Source: an uncultured Oscillospiraceae bacterium
GTDB lineage: Bacteria > Bacillota > Clostridia > Oscillospirales > Oscillospiraceae
Assembly: GCA_964527315.1 (NCBI GenBank)
Contig: CAZGOQ010000001.1
Location: 7,972-71,971 of the forward strand
DNA: 64,000 bases
Reading direction: 5' to 3'
Made by a program: the position numbers and the translations under genes. Shown one piece after another: positions 26,733 through 35,662 of the stretch (its first letter is position 1; every line of letters begins with the position of its first letter). The notes beneath the pieces are model-generated. The model saw only the letters and a list, made by a program, of their open reading frames with translations. It did no database searches and had not been told where the DNA came from.

Positions 26733-27701
26733 TTATCGTTCTTTTCCTGAAAATAAATCTGCATAGGCGTGATAGCCATAGGCCGGTTTTGACGCCTTTG
26801 CCGCTCGGACAATGGCCCGCTCCATGGCATAGGCCGCCATAACGCCTACTGCATCCGGACTGCCAGACGCCTGCCCTACACTGAGGGCGTAGATACTGTC
26901 CCCGTCCCCCGAGGTATGCACAGGGCAAATGGCTCTGGCGTATCCGTTATGGGTCATCCCAGCTACCTTGCAAAGCTGCGCCTTTGTCAGCTTCACGTTG
27001 GTCACCACCACGCCCAAAGTGGTGTTGGCCATGGGGTTGGGACGATCCAATGTTGAACACATCGCATCCCGGGAGCCAAAGATCGCCGTTTTTTCCGCAT
27101 TCAGCAGTCCTGCGATCGGAGTGCCATCCGGCGCAATCACATCTCCCAGCGCATTCACGGCCACCATGGCGCCGACCTTTAAGTTGCCTGTTTCAACCGC
27201 ATAGGCGCCAAACCCGGCTTTCATGGCTCTTTCAGGCCCAAACAGCTTGCCCACCGTGCAGCCGGTGCCTGCGCCCACATTCCCCTGCGTTGGAGACACA
27301 TAGGAGGCGTTTTCGCAGGCGCAATAGGCCATTGCGGCATCCGGACGCACATCCATTCGTCCAACACCCAGATCGAACAGACAGCTTTGGCTGACCAACG
27401 GCACGCGGATTGGGCCAACCGCAAAACCGACCCCCTGCTGCTCCAGATATTTCATGACACCGCCGGCCGCGTCCAACCCGAAGGCGCTGCCTCCGGACAG
27501 CAGGACGGCGTGAATCCCCTGGGCCGCCATCAGCGGATTCAAAATCTGGGATTCCCGGGATGCCGGCCCGCCGCCCCGCACATCTAATCCAGCTGGGCTG
27601 AGCGCATCACAGAGAATCACCGTCAAGCCTGTGGCGGCTTCATGATTTTGGGCATGGCCAACTCGGAAGCCGCCTACATCCATAATATCAATTTCTCTCA
27701 T
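26733..27701 (-). CDS. P1/S58 family peptidase (DmpA-like aminopeptidase)
   Basis: GFRVGHAQNHEAATGLTVIL, LLSGGSAFGLDAAGGVM and NTTLGVVVTN motifs. Confidence 0.8.
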   Translation of the reverse strand: MREIDIMDVGGFRVGHAQNHEAATGLTVILCDALSPAGLDVRGGGPASRESQILNPLMAAQGIHAVLLSGGSAFGLDAAGGVMKYLEQQGVGFAVGPIRVPLVSQSCLFDLGVGRMDVRPDAAMAYCACENASYVSPTQGNVGAGTGCTVGKLFGPERAMKAGFGAYAVETGNLKVGAMVAVNALGDVIAPDGTPIAGLLNAEKTAIFGSRDAMCSTLDRPNPMANTTLGVVVTNVKLTKAQLCKVAGMTHNGYARAICPVHTSGDGDSIYALSVGQASGSPDAVGVMAAYAMERAIVRAAKASKPAYGYHAYADLFSGKER

Positions 27702-27713
27702 TATCGCAGTCCT

Positions 27714-28343
27714 TTATTTCTTCACGAACACACGCAGCACCTTACAAATCGAACCGCTGATCACACAGCCAACGGCCGCTTCAATCAATGCTTGAACTCC
27801 TACATAGGCGCAAACAAACAGGAAAATGTTGTCCTGAAATTTTGCCATCAGTTCATCTCCCAGCAGCGCCGCCAAGGTCGGTGCGTTGAAGAAAATGATT
27901 ACAAGCGCCGTCATATAAAACAGCGTGTTGAGCAGCGGCGCCGCAATACCACCGATGTAATAGGAGAGCGTTCTAGTCCGATCAATTTTGTAAATTGCCC
28001 GGAAGATCCAGCCAACACAGACTCCCATTAGAATCCGGGGCAAAAAACAGTTGAAGACGCTTAACGCTACAACAATGCCGCCGTCATACCCCGCCAAAAT
28101 CAACGTGCTGAATCCGGTTTTGACCGCAGTATAAAAGCTGATGGCGCCCATAAAGCCCCCCAGTATTCCTCCGGCAAGCGGACCCAGCAAAATCGCGCCA
28201 ACCGCCACCGGAACGGTCATGATCGACGCATACTGCCCTGGCAGTGGAATCATGGCAAGCCCTGTCAGATTCATAACCAGCATGATTGCCACCAGCAGAG
28301 CCAGTTCAGTCAAATAGCGGATGTTTGTCTTGCTTTTTTCCAT
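27714..28343 (-). CDS. ECF transporter S (substrate-capture) component, substrate unknown
   Basis: 209 aa with 5-6 TM helices and TVPVAVGAILLGPLAGGILGGFMG typical of ECF_trnsprt proteins. ATG 28343 follows GGAGGAATTGAAT. No ecfA/ecfT genes are nearby. Confidence 0.6.
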   Translation of the reverse strand: MEKSKTNIRYLTELALLVAIMLVMNLTGLAMIPLPGQYASIMTVPVAVGAILLGPLAGGILGGFMGAISFYTAVKTGFSTLILAGYDGGIVVALSVFNCFLPRILMGVCVGWIFRAIYKIDRTRTLSYYIGGIAAPLLNTLFYMTALVIIFFNAPTLAALLGDELMAKFQDNIFLFVCAYVGVQALIEAAVGCVISGSICKVLRVFVKK

Positions 28344-28408
28344 ATTCAATTCCTCCAGCTGTCGCTCCTTGAAAAGGATGCAACGCAATTTTGGCTTACG
28401 CCAGAGAG

Positions 28409-28437
28409 AGTATACGCTATATTTTCTTTAATTGCAA
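28409..28437 (-). promoter_or_regulatory. promoter of ECF S-component gene
   Basis: Minus strand TTGCAA (28437-28432), 17-nt spacer, TATACT (28414-28409). Confidence 0.5.
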
Positions 28438-28700
28438 TAAAAAATTAAAATTTTTTGACCGAAACTGATTCCAGCCTTGATCTCGCTCACATCATATTCG
28501 GCAGCACGGAACATGAATCCTCCATATCGTTCAGGCTGTTCCAGAGTTGAAAGACGCAATAAGCGGTCAGCGGGATCAAACCTGCGGGATGCCGGCATGA
28601 TCCCTGATCGCTTCGATCAATGTGATCGGCGTTGTAGCGGCACATATCTGCGTGCAGATGGCAATGACTGCAGCAAAAACCGCGCAAAACCTTTTCCTGC

Positions 28701-29486
28701 TCATTTTCCACGCTTTTTATCTCTGGAAATCAGTATTTTCAGAGCATCCACCGCTGTGGAAATTGTCTCACCCATGTCATAGCATGGAATGTCCTCCATC
28801 CCATTTTCCCGTCTGACCTGATTGGCAAGCACGGCCAAAACCGCACCCACGCGAAGCCGCCGCAGAGCGCCCACCGTGAACAGTGCCGCCGTCTCCATTT
28901 CGCTGCATTTGGCGCCGGCCTTGACCCATGCGCTCCACTTATCTTTCAGTTCGTAAGAAACTGCCATGGAATCCGGATCGTGCTGCCCATAAAATGCGTC
29001 CTTGCTCTGCACGATACCCAAATGGAATCGTATGTTCCGCCGCCGGGCTGCATCCCGCAAAGCTTCCGTCACTGAAAAATCAGCTATCGCCGGAAATTCA
29101 AGCGGAATGTATTCCCGGCTGGTTCCCTCCATACGGATGGCTCCGGTGGCAATGACGATGTCACCACCCAGTACCTCCGGATCCATCCCGCCGCTGGAGC
29201 CAACCCGGATAAAGGTATCGGCATTGCAGTGCGCCAATTCTTCTATTGCAATGGCGGCGGAGGGGCCGCCGATGCCGGTAGAACAAACGCTGACCTTCTC
29301 TCCTTCCAATATGCCGGAATAGATGGTATACTCCCGATTCTGCGCAACAAAATGCGGCGCTTCAAAATGTGCCGCTATTGTTTCACACCGGCCCGGGTCT
29401 CCTGGCAGAAGCACATATTTTCCCACATCTCCCGGCCGAATATTCAGATGAAATTCCTTCTCCTGTGCGTAAACAAGCGCCATCAT
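28701..29486 (-). CDS. uridine/purine nucleoside phosphorylase (PNP_UDP_1 family)
   Basis: VLLPGDPGR, STGIGGPSAAIAIEEL and EMETAALF motifs. Confidence 0.8.
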   Translation of the reverse strand: MMALVYAQEKEFHLNIRPGDVGKYVLLPGDPGRCETIAAHFEAPHFVAQNREYTIYSGILEGEKVSVCSTGIGGPSAAIAIEELAHCNADTFIRVGSSGGMDPEVLGGDIVIATGAIRMEGTSREYIPLEFPAIADFSVTEALRDAARRRNIRFHLGIVQSKDAFYGQHDPDSMAVSYELKDKWSAWVKAGAKCSEMETAALFTVGALRRLRVGAVLAVLANQVRRENGMEDIPCYDMGETISTAVDALKILISRDKKRGK

Positions 29487-29632
29487 GACCCCTCCCGGTT
29501 TTTATTTCATTATAGCGAATTGTATTTTTCTTTGCAATGGCAAAAAACGTCTTGTACATGATCTTCCTTCTCATACTTATCCTTGCCCTAAAACACTGGA
29601 GCCGCCGCTTGATTGCGACGGCTCCGCCTGTT

Positions 29633-31231
29633 TTATTTCTGCTTTTTTGCCGCTCCGATGAAGTCCCGGAATAGCGGATGAGCCCGATTGGGCCGGGATT
29701 TGAACTCCGGGTGAAACTGCACGCCTACAAACCATGGCTGATTGTGATTTTCCACGATCTCCACCAGCTTCTCACTGGGACTCAGTCCCGCCAGCGTCAG
29801 TCCCTCTTTTGATAATATATCCCGGTATAGATTGTTGAATTCATAGCGGTGCCGATGACGCTCATAAATCACCGGCTCGCCATACGCGCATTTGGCAAAG
29901 ATACTCTCCTCCATGAGTTTACAGGGATAAGCCCCCAGACGCATGGTGCCGCCCCTTTCCGTCACATCCCGCTGCTCCGGCATCAGGTCGATGACAGGGT
30001 GTTGTGTCTCACAAAATTCACTGGAATGGGCGTCCTTCATCCCGGCCACGTTTCTGGCAAACTCCACCACAGCCATCTGCATTCCAAGGCATATGCCAAA
30101 GAAGGGAATTTTCTGCTCTCTGGCATAGCGGATTGCGGAGATCATGCCCTCGATGCCCCGGTCCCCAAACCCGCCTGGCACCAGAATTCCGCTGACGCCG
30201 CCCAGCTGCTGCGCTGCGTTTTCACCTGTAACCAGTTCGGAGTCCACCCAGCGGATCTTTACATTGACATCATTTTCAATACCACCGTGGGTCAAGGCTT
30301 CCACTACAGACAGATAGGAATCATGCAGCTGCACATATTTCCCCACCAGAGCGATCTCCACCGTTTCAGTGCACTTTCTGGCCCGCTCTACCATGGCCGT
30401 CCACTCCGCCAGATCCGGTTGGGGCACATCCAGCGCAAGCTTTTTGCAGACTACCTGGGACAGTCCCTCCTTCTCCAGCATCAGCGGAACCTCATAGAGA
30501 ATCGGTGCGTTGAGATTGGGGATTACCGCCTCCGGCGGAATATTGCAGAACAGCGAGATCTTATTGCGGATATCCTCTGTCAGCGGCTCATCCGCCCGGC
30601 AGATGATCACATCCGGCTGGATTCCGATGGAAAGCAGTTCCTTGCAGGAATGCTGAGTAGGCTTGCTTTTGAGTTCATTGCTGCCAGGAATGGATACCAC
30701 CAGAGAAACATGAATGTACATCACGTCCTCCCTCGGGTTTTCCTGTCCGATCTGTCGAATGGCTTCCAGAAAAGGCTGCGATTCAATATCGCCCACAGTG
30801 CCTCCGATTTCCGTAATGACAACATCCGTCGGCGTGGATTTTCCCACCCGGTAGATGCGTTCCTTGATTTCATCGGTAATGTGCGGGATCACCTGAATGG
30901 TGCGGCCCAAATAATCTCCAGTGCGCTCCCGGCTGAGCACAGACCAATAGACTTTCCCGGAGGTCACCGAGGAATTCACCGTCAGATTTTCGTCCGTGAA
31001 TCGCTCATAATGTCCAAGATCAAGGTCTGTTTCCGCCCCGTCGTCGGTGACGAACACCTCGCCGTGCTGAAAGGGACTCATAGTACCCGGGTCAACATTG
31101 AGATACGGGTCAAATTTCTGGATGGTTACCTTCAAGCCCCGTTGCTTGAGGAGCCGCCCAAGGCTGGCCGCGGTGATGCCCTTTCCCAAGCCGGACACCA
31201 CACCGCCGGTCACAAAAATGTATTTCGCCAT
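29633..31231 (-). CDS. pyrG: CTP synthase
   Basis: [20 protein letters not shown]-terminus and a GICLGMQ glutaminase Cys. I trimmed the start to ATG 31231 after the GGAGGCGAAGTGT RBS. Confidence 0.95.
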   Translation of the reverse strand: MAKYIFVTGGVVSGLGKGITAASLGRLLKQRGLKVTIQKFDPYLNVDPGTMSPFQHGEVFVTDDGAETDLDLGHYERFTDENLTVNSSVTSGKVYWSVLSRERTGDYLGRTIQVIPHITDEIKERIYRVGKSTPTDVVITEIGGTVGDIESQPFLEAIRQIGQENPREDVMYIHVSLVVSIPGSNELKSKPTQHSCKELLSIGIQPDVIICRADEPLTEDIRNKISLFCNIPPEAVIPNLNAPILYEVPLMLEKEGLSQVVCKKLALDVPQPDLAEWTAMVERARKCTETVEIALVGKYVQLHDSYLSVVEALTHGGIENDVNVKIRWVDSELVTGENAAQQLGGVSGILVPGGFGDRGIEGMISAIRYAREQKIPFFGICLGMQMAVVEFARNVAGMKDAHSSEFCETQHPVIDLMPEQRDVTERGGTMRLGAYPCKLMEESIFAKCAYGEPVIYERHRHRYEFNNLYRDILSKEGLTLAGLSPSEKLVEIVENHNQPWFVGVQFHPEFKSRPNRAHPLFRDFIGAAKKQK

Positions 31232-31262
31232 ACACTTCGCCTCCAGACTACAATATTTGTTT

Positions 31263-31291
31263 ATTCTACTCTTTTTGGCGAATTCCGTCAA
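31263..31291 (-). promoter_or_regulatory. pyrG promoter
   Basis: Minus strand TTGACG (31291-31286), 17-nt spacer, TAGAAT (31268-31263). Confidence 0.45.
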
Positions 31292-31384
31292 GGCCGCGGC
31301 TCCACTTTCCCTGATCTTTTCTGACGCTTCCTACCGTTTCTCAGGCTGTCCTTTGTGACATTCGCTGTTCCCAATTGACACAAA

Positions 31385-31606
31385 TCAAATTATATCCAAA
31401 ACTGCTAACAGAACAAGTACCGCAATAATGGCAACAATTCCAACGACCGTCCCAATAAGCTGTTTTTTGGAGCCTTTCACTTTCGACACAGCACCCATTT
31501 CTGTTTTCTGCCCTGCGTTTTGCTCCGCCATTTGTGCGCCGCGCATATTGAGATACTGCGCTTGCTGCTTTAACTGTTGATTGTTGAAATCATTTCCTGC
31601 CGGCAT
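31385..31606 (-). CDS. hypothetical 73-aa tail-anchored membrane protein (Gln-rich N-terminus, single C-terminal TM)
   Basis: AAGGAG RBS 8 nt before the ATG. C-terminal LIGTVVGIVAIIAVLVLLAVL helix. AT-rich codon usage matches the upstream gene. I recognise no family. Confidence 0.55.
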   Translation of the reverse strand: MPAGNDFNNQQLKQQAQYLNMRGAQMAEQNAGQKTEMGAVSKVKGSKKQLIGTVVGIVAIIAVLVLLAVLDII

Positions 31607-31637
31607 AAAATTATCTCCTTATAATATAATGATATCA

Positions 31638-32501
31638 TCATCCAGCGTAGGAGGGATAATTGTATACTCCATAAACAACTGTATACATTGTTGAATTATA
31701 ATTAAACTGACACTTTACAATATAAGAACCGAAACCATTATGCACAATATAAATATATTTCCCATTATATCCGCCATATTCATAAGAATCACTTGTGTAA
31801 GCAGTATAATCGCTTATGCTATACATTGTTCCCATTGTAGGCCGACCAATATTTTTCGAATTTTCATAATACGGCCAAGAATCTACATAACTGCTATAAC
31901 TTGTTGCTAAGTATTGCCCTGTAAGCAAACTGTAAAGCATACAACCACTTATTGTATTTGATTGCCCAGTTATTTTAACAGAAGAAACAGATGGAATATA
32001 TGCCATTCCATTAGGCATAACCATGTTAGCGTGTGTTGCACTTAGTTCGACAGTATGATTAGCAACAGATGGACTGTATGACAGCAAAGACACCCCTGAA
32101 CCATCATTTTTGTCAGTTATGTCAATGCTAGATTTCAAATTTCCATTTTCATCTGGAACAAGACTAAAATATGCAGTACTAACCATTGTACCATCATTAT
32201 TTTGAGTCGTTACTACAATTGCCGGAAGTTCGATAACATCTGTATCCGTCATAGGTCTAACCGCCCCCTCTGTATTGGAACCTTTATATAACGAGACAGA
32301 CTGGAGAGAAACATCTGCATCTTCAGGAATAGTTATGTTCATTTTCGAAATAATATTCTCAAAAGAAAGTGCTTCTGAATTGTCTGAATTTACTAGTTTC
32401 AAATCATCATTATCCAACGGTAAATCACTAGCGGTTACAGGTGTAGATAACGCACTCACCATGCAAAAGACAATTGCGAGAGAAAGAATACGTTTTTTCA
32501 T
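31638..32501 (-). CDS. hypothetical secreted protein, Ser/Tyr-rich C-terminal half
   Basis: 287 aa with signal peptide MKKRILSLAIVFCMVSALSTPVTA|SD. The C-terminal ~110 aa are very rich in Tyr/Ser/Gly. AT-rich. I recognise no family. Confidence 0.6.
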   Translation of the reverse strand: MKKRILSLAIVFCMVSALSTPVTASDLPLDNDDLKLVNSDNSEALSFENIISKMNITIPEDADVSLQSVSLYKGSNTEGAVRPMTDTDVIELPAIVVTTQNNDGTMVSTAYFSLVPDENGNLKSSIDITDKNDGSGVSLLSYSPSVANHTVELSATHANMVMPNGMAYIPSVSSVKITGQSNTISGCMLYSLLTGQYLATSYSSYVDSWPYYENSKNIGRPTMGTMYSISDYTAYTSDSYEYGGYNGKYIYIVHNGFGSYIVKCQFNYNSTMYTVVYGVYNYPSYAG

Positions 32502-32602
32502 TTTTTGTTCCTTCTAACATGTGAAAGGTCTATGATAAATTAAAATATAATGACGTTAAATTCTGCATCGGTATTACATCCTTTCTGAACTATTTTGATT
32601 AG

Positions 32603-32631
32603 ATTTTACCACGATTTCTTTTATTTGTCAA
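32603..32631 (-). promoter_or_regulatory. strong promoter of the islet operon
   Basis: Minus strand TTGACA (32631-32626), 17-nt spacer ending in TGG, TAAAAT (32608-32603). Confidence 0.55.
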
Positions 32632-32702
32632 TATTGTTTGATAAAGCAATAATAATTAAATAATATATTGTAAGCAGACATGTTAATTCATTAGGAGACA
32701 GG

Positions 32703-32738
32703 TAAAGGGCTTGTTTCCATCTAGAAACAAGCCCTTTA
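32703..32738. other. perfect 15-bp hairpin without U-tract
   Basis: TAAAGGGCTTGTTTC (32703-32717), loop CATCTA, GAAACAAGCCCTTTA (32724-32738). Confidence 0.7.
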
Positions 32739-32852
32739 TACATCATTAACAGAACTACATGGGATGCGTTTTTCCCCAAACTTTTCTGCTGCGCCGCCAT
32801 AATGAAACAGCAACCGGTTCTTCGAGAATATTCATCCGTATATGCATTTATT

Positions 32853-32947
32853 TTTTCCAAATTCCCCCTGTTTCGAGAAAGGAAAACAACCAATTTGCAA
32901 GGGTTTTTCACATTATCCACAGAGTTTTCCACAAATATTTATCATCA
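32853..32947 (+). promoter_or_regulatory. cluster of DnaA-box-like 9-mers in one orientation
   Basis: TTATCCACA (32913-32921, perfect consensus), TTTTCCACA (32925-32933, 1 mismatch), TTTTCCAAA (32853-32861, 2 mismatches) and TTATCATCA (32939-32947, 2 mismatches). Confidence 0.4.
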
Positions 32948-33017
32948 AAAGAAGCAAAAAAATGAATATGATGTTAACATAATCGAAAAAGCCAACCTAT
33001 TGCTTATTTGATCCTAT

Positions 33018-33911
33018 TTAAAATGTCAAATCTCCAAGTTCCGATAATGTCAGATTGTCTTGCAATGCGGAATTAATCCCATAAGAAAGCACTCTGGCAA
33101 TTTCCCGCACTCTCCGGTCGATATCGCTGGAGGTGACGATCATGCCAGAGGAAACCTTTCGAAGGGTTTCCTCTTCCACCTCCATACCGGCCCTCATAAA
33201 CAAATCCGCAGCCATGGTTGCCGCATCGGTCACCGTTGGGACCCCCAGCGCAATCACCGGTCTTCCCAGCGTCTGCCGGTTCAGCGTGCTGCGGCTGTTT
33301 CCAATTCCGGATCCTGGGGTGATGCCCGTGTCACTAAGCTGTACCGTGCTGCAAAGCCTGCCAGTATCCCTGGCCGCGATTGCATCCACCGCTATCACTG
33401 CCGCCGCCTCACACCGATCCGCCAGGGCCCGGACCGTTTCCGCGCTCTCCATGCCGGTGGTACCCAGCACACCTGGAACCACTGCTCCCACAGGCCGGAA
33501 CTCTCCAAACGTGTTTGGCATTTCTGAGAGCATATGCCGCGTTACCAGAATGTGATCTGCCGTCAACGGCCCGATGGCATCCGGAGTCACCTCCCGATTT
33601 CCCAGCCCCGCCACCAGCACCGGCAGTTGTCCACTGAGCTTCAGCATATCCTGCAGATAGGCCGCAATGGAATTTACCGCCTGCGTAAAACTCTCCTTTT
33701 CCCGCCGCAGCACATCCTCCAATTCAATGGTCACATAGGTACCCCTGGGCTTTCCTAGGGCCTTCTCACCCTGGCGAGAGGTGATCTCCACTACAATGGC
33801 TTTTGTGCCAAACCTGTTTTCTTTGCGGACCTCCACGCCGGATAACTTGCCGCCTGTCTGCCGAAACTCCCCTGCCCGTTCCATGGCAAGGTCTGTTCGA
33901 ATCTCCATCAT
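33018..33911 (-). CDS. gpr: GPR endopeptidase (spore germination protease)
   Basis: MMEIRTDLAMERAGEF N-terminus and a GLGNREVTPDAIGP motif. I trimmed the start to the ATG after AAAGGAGGG. Confidence 0.9.
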   Translation of the reverse strand: MMEIRTDLAMERAGEFRQTGGKLSGVEVRKENRFGTKAIVVEITSRQGEKALGKPRGTYVTIELEDVLRREKESFTQAVNSIAAYLQDMLKLSGQLPVLVAGLGNREVTPDAIGPLTADHILVTRHMLSEMPNTFGEFRPVGAVVPGVLGTTGMESAETVRALADRCEAAAVIAVDAIAARDTGRLCSTVQLSDTGITPGSGIGNSRSTLNRQTLGRPVIALGVPTVTDAATMAADLFMRAGMEVEEETLRKVSSGMIVTSSDIDRRVREIARVLSYGINSALQDNLTLSELGDLTF

Positions 33912-33996
33912 AAGCCCTCCTTTTGTTTCATTCTTTCCATATTTCTCAGGCATCATCCTTTGGCAGAGATTTTTTCCATAAAATCAGAAAAAGCAC

Positions 33997-34025
33997 TTGA
34001 TTTTCTGAATCAGTCCGTGTATAAT
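33997..34025 (+). promoter_or_regulatory. rpsT promoter
   Basis: TTGATT (33997-34002), 17-nt spacer, TATAAT (34020-34025). Confidence 0.5.
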
Positions 34026-34091
34026 AAATCCCTGCGTGAAGGGGCGAGTTATGCCCTAAATTGATAGTTTTCATGTGGAGGAGGTGTTTTC

Positions 34092-34352
34092 GTGCCCAAT
34101 ATTAAATCCGCCAAGAAAAGAGTGCTTGTTTCCAGAGCGGAAAATGAGAGAAACAAAGCAAACAGATCTTTGCTGAAAACCAACATCAGAAAGTTCGAGA
34201 CTGCCGCCGCTTCCGGAGATAAGGAGGCTGCTGTTGCCGCTGCAAAGGTTGCGGTTGCCACCATTGACAGATCCGCCCGGAAGGGAATTCTTCACAAGAA
34301 CACTGCCGCCCGGAAAAAGAGCCACATTGCCGAAAAGGTAAACAGTCTTTGA
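34092..34352 (+). CDS. rpsT: 30S ribosomal protein S20
   Basis: PNIKSAKKRVLVSRAENERNKA N-terminus. GTG start after GGAGGAGGTG. Confidence 0.95.
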   Translation: MPNIKSAKKRVLVSRAENERNKANRSLLKTNIRKFETAAASGDKEAAVAAAKVAVATIDRSARKGILHKNTAARKKSHIAEKVNSL

Positions 34353-34364
34353 TCGCATCCGAAT

Positions 34365-34399
34365 GGGCGCACTGCAAGATCGCATTTTGCAGCGCGCCC
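34365..34399 (+). terminator. rpsT terminator; palindromic-family copy 3
   Basis: GGGCGCACTGCAAGAT, loop CGC, ATTTTGCAGCGCGCCC (16 bp with one mismatch and one G-U), followed by TCTTTTTCT. Confidence 0.7.
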
Positions 34400-34474
34400 T
34401 CTTTTTCTATACTTTCCCCCATTTTTGTTGTATAATCGCGTTGGATATCAAATTGTCATTTGGAGGATGTATGT

Positions 34475-35647
34475 ATGAATTATGCGGAAGAATCCCTAAA
34501 ACTCCACTATCAGTGGCACGGTAAGTTGAATGTGGTACCGAAAATGGAGGTCAAAACCAGAGACGACCTGTCTCTGGCCTACACGCCCGGCGTAGCTCAG
34601 CCCTGCATTGAAATCCAGAAAAACCCGGAACTCAGCTATCAACTGACCGGCAGAGGAAATACCGTTGCTGTGATTACTGACGGCTCCGCAGTGCTGGGGC
34701 TTGGCGACATCGGACCGGAAGCCGGTATGCCGGTTATGGAAGGAAAATGCGTTCTTTTTAAAGCCTTCGGCGGCGTGGACGCCATTCCACTTTGTTTGCG
34801 CACCAAGGACGTGGACGAATTTGTCCATGCGGTTTCCCTGCTGGCCGGTTCCTTTGGGGGAATCAATCTGGAGGATATTTCCGCGCCCCGGTGCTTTGAA
34901 ATCGAGAATAAACTGAAAGAGCGCTGTGATATCCCTATCTTCCACGATGATCAGCACGGCACGGCTGTGGTAGTGCTCTCCGCTCTGCTCAACGCCTTAA
35001 AACTCGTGGGCAAGGATCTTGACTCCATCAAACTCGTTACTTCCGGCGCAGGCGCCGCCGGCATTGCCATCATCAAACTGCTGATCTCCATTGGTCTGAA
35101 AAACGTCATAATGTGCGACCGTACCGGCGCAATCTATGCAGGCCGGGATCATCTGAATCCGGCCAAAGCGGAAATCGCCCGAATCACCAACCAGATGAAA
35201 GAATCCGGTTCCCTTGCCGAAGTCATTCGTGGCGCAGATGTCTTTATCGGCGTCTCCTCTCCCGGTACCGTGACGCCGGAAATGGTAAAGTCCATGGCCT
35301 CTGACGCGATTCTCTTCCCCATGGCAAACCCCACGCCGGAGATCATGCCCGATGCGGCCATCGCCGCCGGGGCCGCCGTTGTAGGCACAGGCCGCAGCGA
35401 TTTTCCCAATCAGATCAACAATGTTCTGGCCTTTCCCGGTATTTTTCGGGGAGCACTGGATGTCCGGGCCAGTGATATCAATGATGAGATGAAAATTGCA
35501 GCAGCCTATGCGCTCTCTGAACTGGTTGCCCCCGAGGACTTAAGCAAAGACAATATCATTGTTCCCGCCTTTGATCCAAGAGTCGGTCCAGCCGTGGCGA
35601 AAGCGGTCGCGGAAGCCGCAAAAAAAACCGGGGTAGCCCGGATTTGA
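34475..35647 (+). CDS. NAD(P)-dependent malic enzyme (short form)
   Basis: LSLAYTPGVAQPC and GSAVLGLGDIGPEAGMPVMEGKCVLFK motifs. ATG 34475 lies 8 nt after GGAGG. Confidence 0.9.
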   Translation: MNYAEESLKLHYQWHGKLNVVPKMEVKTRDDLSLAYTPGVAQPCIEIQKNPELSYQLTGRGNTVAVITDGSAVLGLGDIGPEAGMPVMEGKCVLFKAFGGVDAIPLCLRTKDVDEFVHAVSLLAGSFGGINLEDISAPRCFEIENKLKERCDIPIFHDDQHGTAVVVLSALLNALKLVGKDLDSIKLVTSGAGAAGIAIIKLLISIGLKNVIMCDRTGAIYAGRDHLNPAKAEIARITNQMKESGSLAEVIRGADVFIGVSSPGTVTPEMVKSMASDAILFPMANPTPEIMPDAAIAAGAAVVGTGRSDFPNQINNVLAFPGIFRGALDVRASDINDEMKIAAAYALSELVAPEDLSKDNIIVPAFDPRVGPAVAKAVAEAAKKTGVARI

Positions 35648-35662
35648 CCAGGCCATAAGGAG

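Noticed and set aside
28487-28711. Cys/His-rich 74-aa ORF (MENEQEKVLRGFCCSHCHLHADMC...) as a metal-binding micro-protein.
   Set aside because: Its GTG start lies inside the preceding gene in another frame, there is no Shine-Dalgarno, and the internal ATGs also lack RBSs. The region is reported as unexplained non-coding DNA instead.
32621-32932. 103-aa ORF on the minus strand inside the AT-rich islet.
   Set aside because: It runs through the perfect hairpin and the -35/-10 of the islet promoter. It has no RBS and gives an implausible composition. I treat it as non-coding.
32853-32947. Interpreting the DnaA-box cluster as the chromosomal oriC.
   Set aside because: There is no dnaA, dnaN, rpmH or gyrB neighbourhood. 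Only two good boxes are present, and I could define no clear DUE or box array on the scale of Firmicute origins. I kept it only as a possible secondary DnaA site or foreign ori relic.
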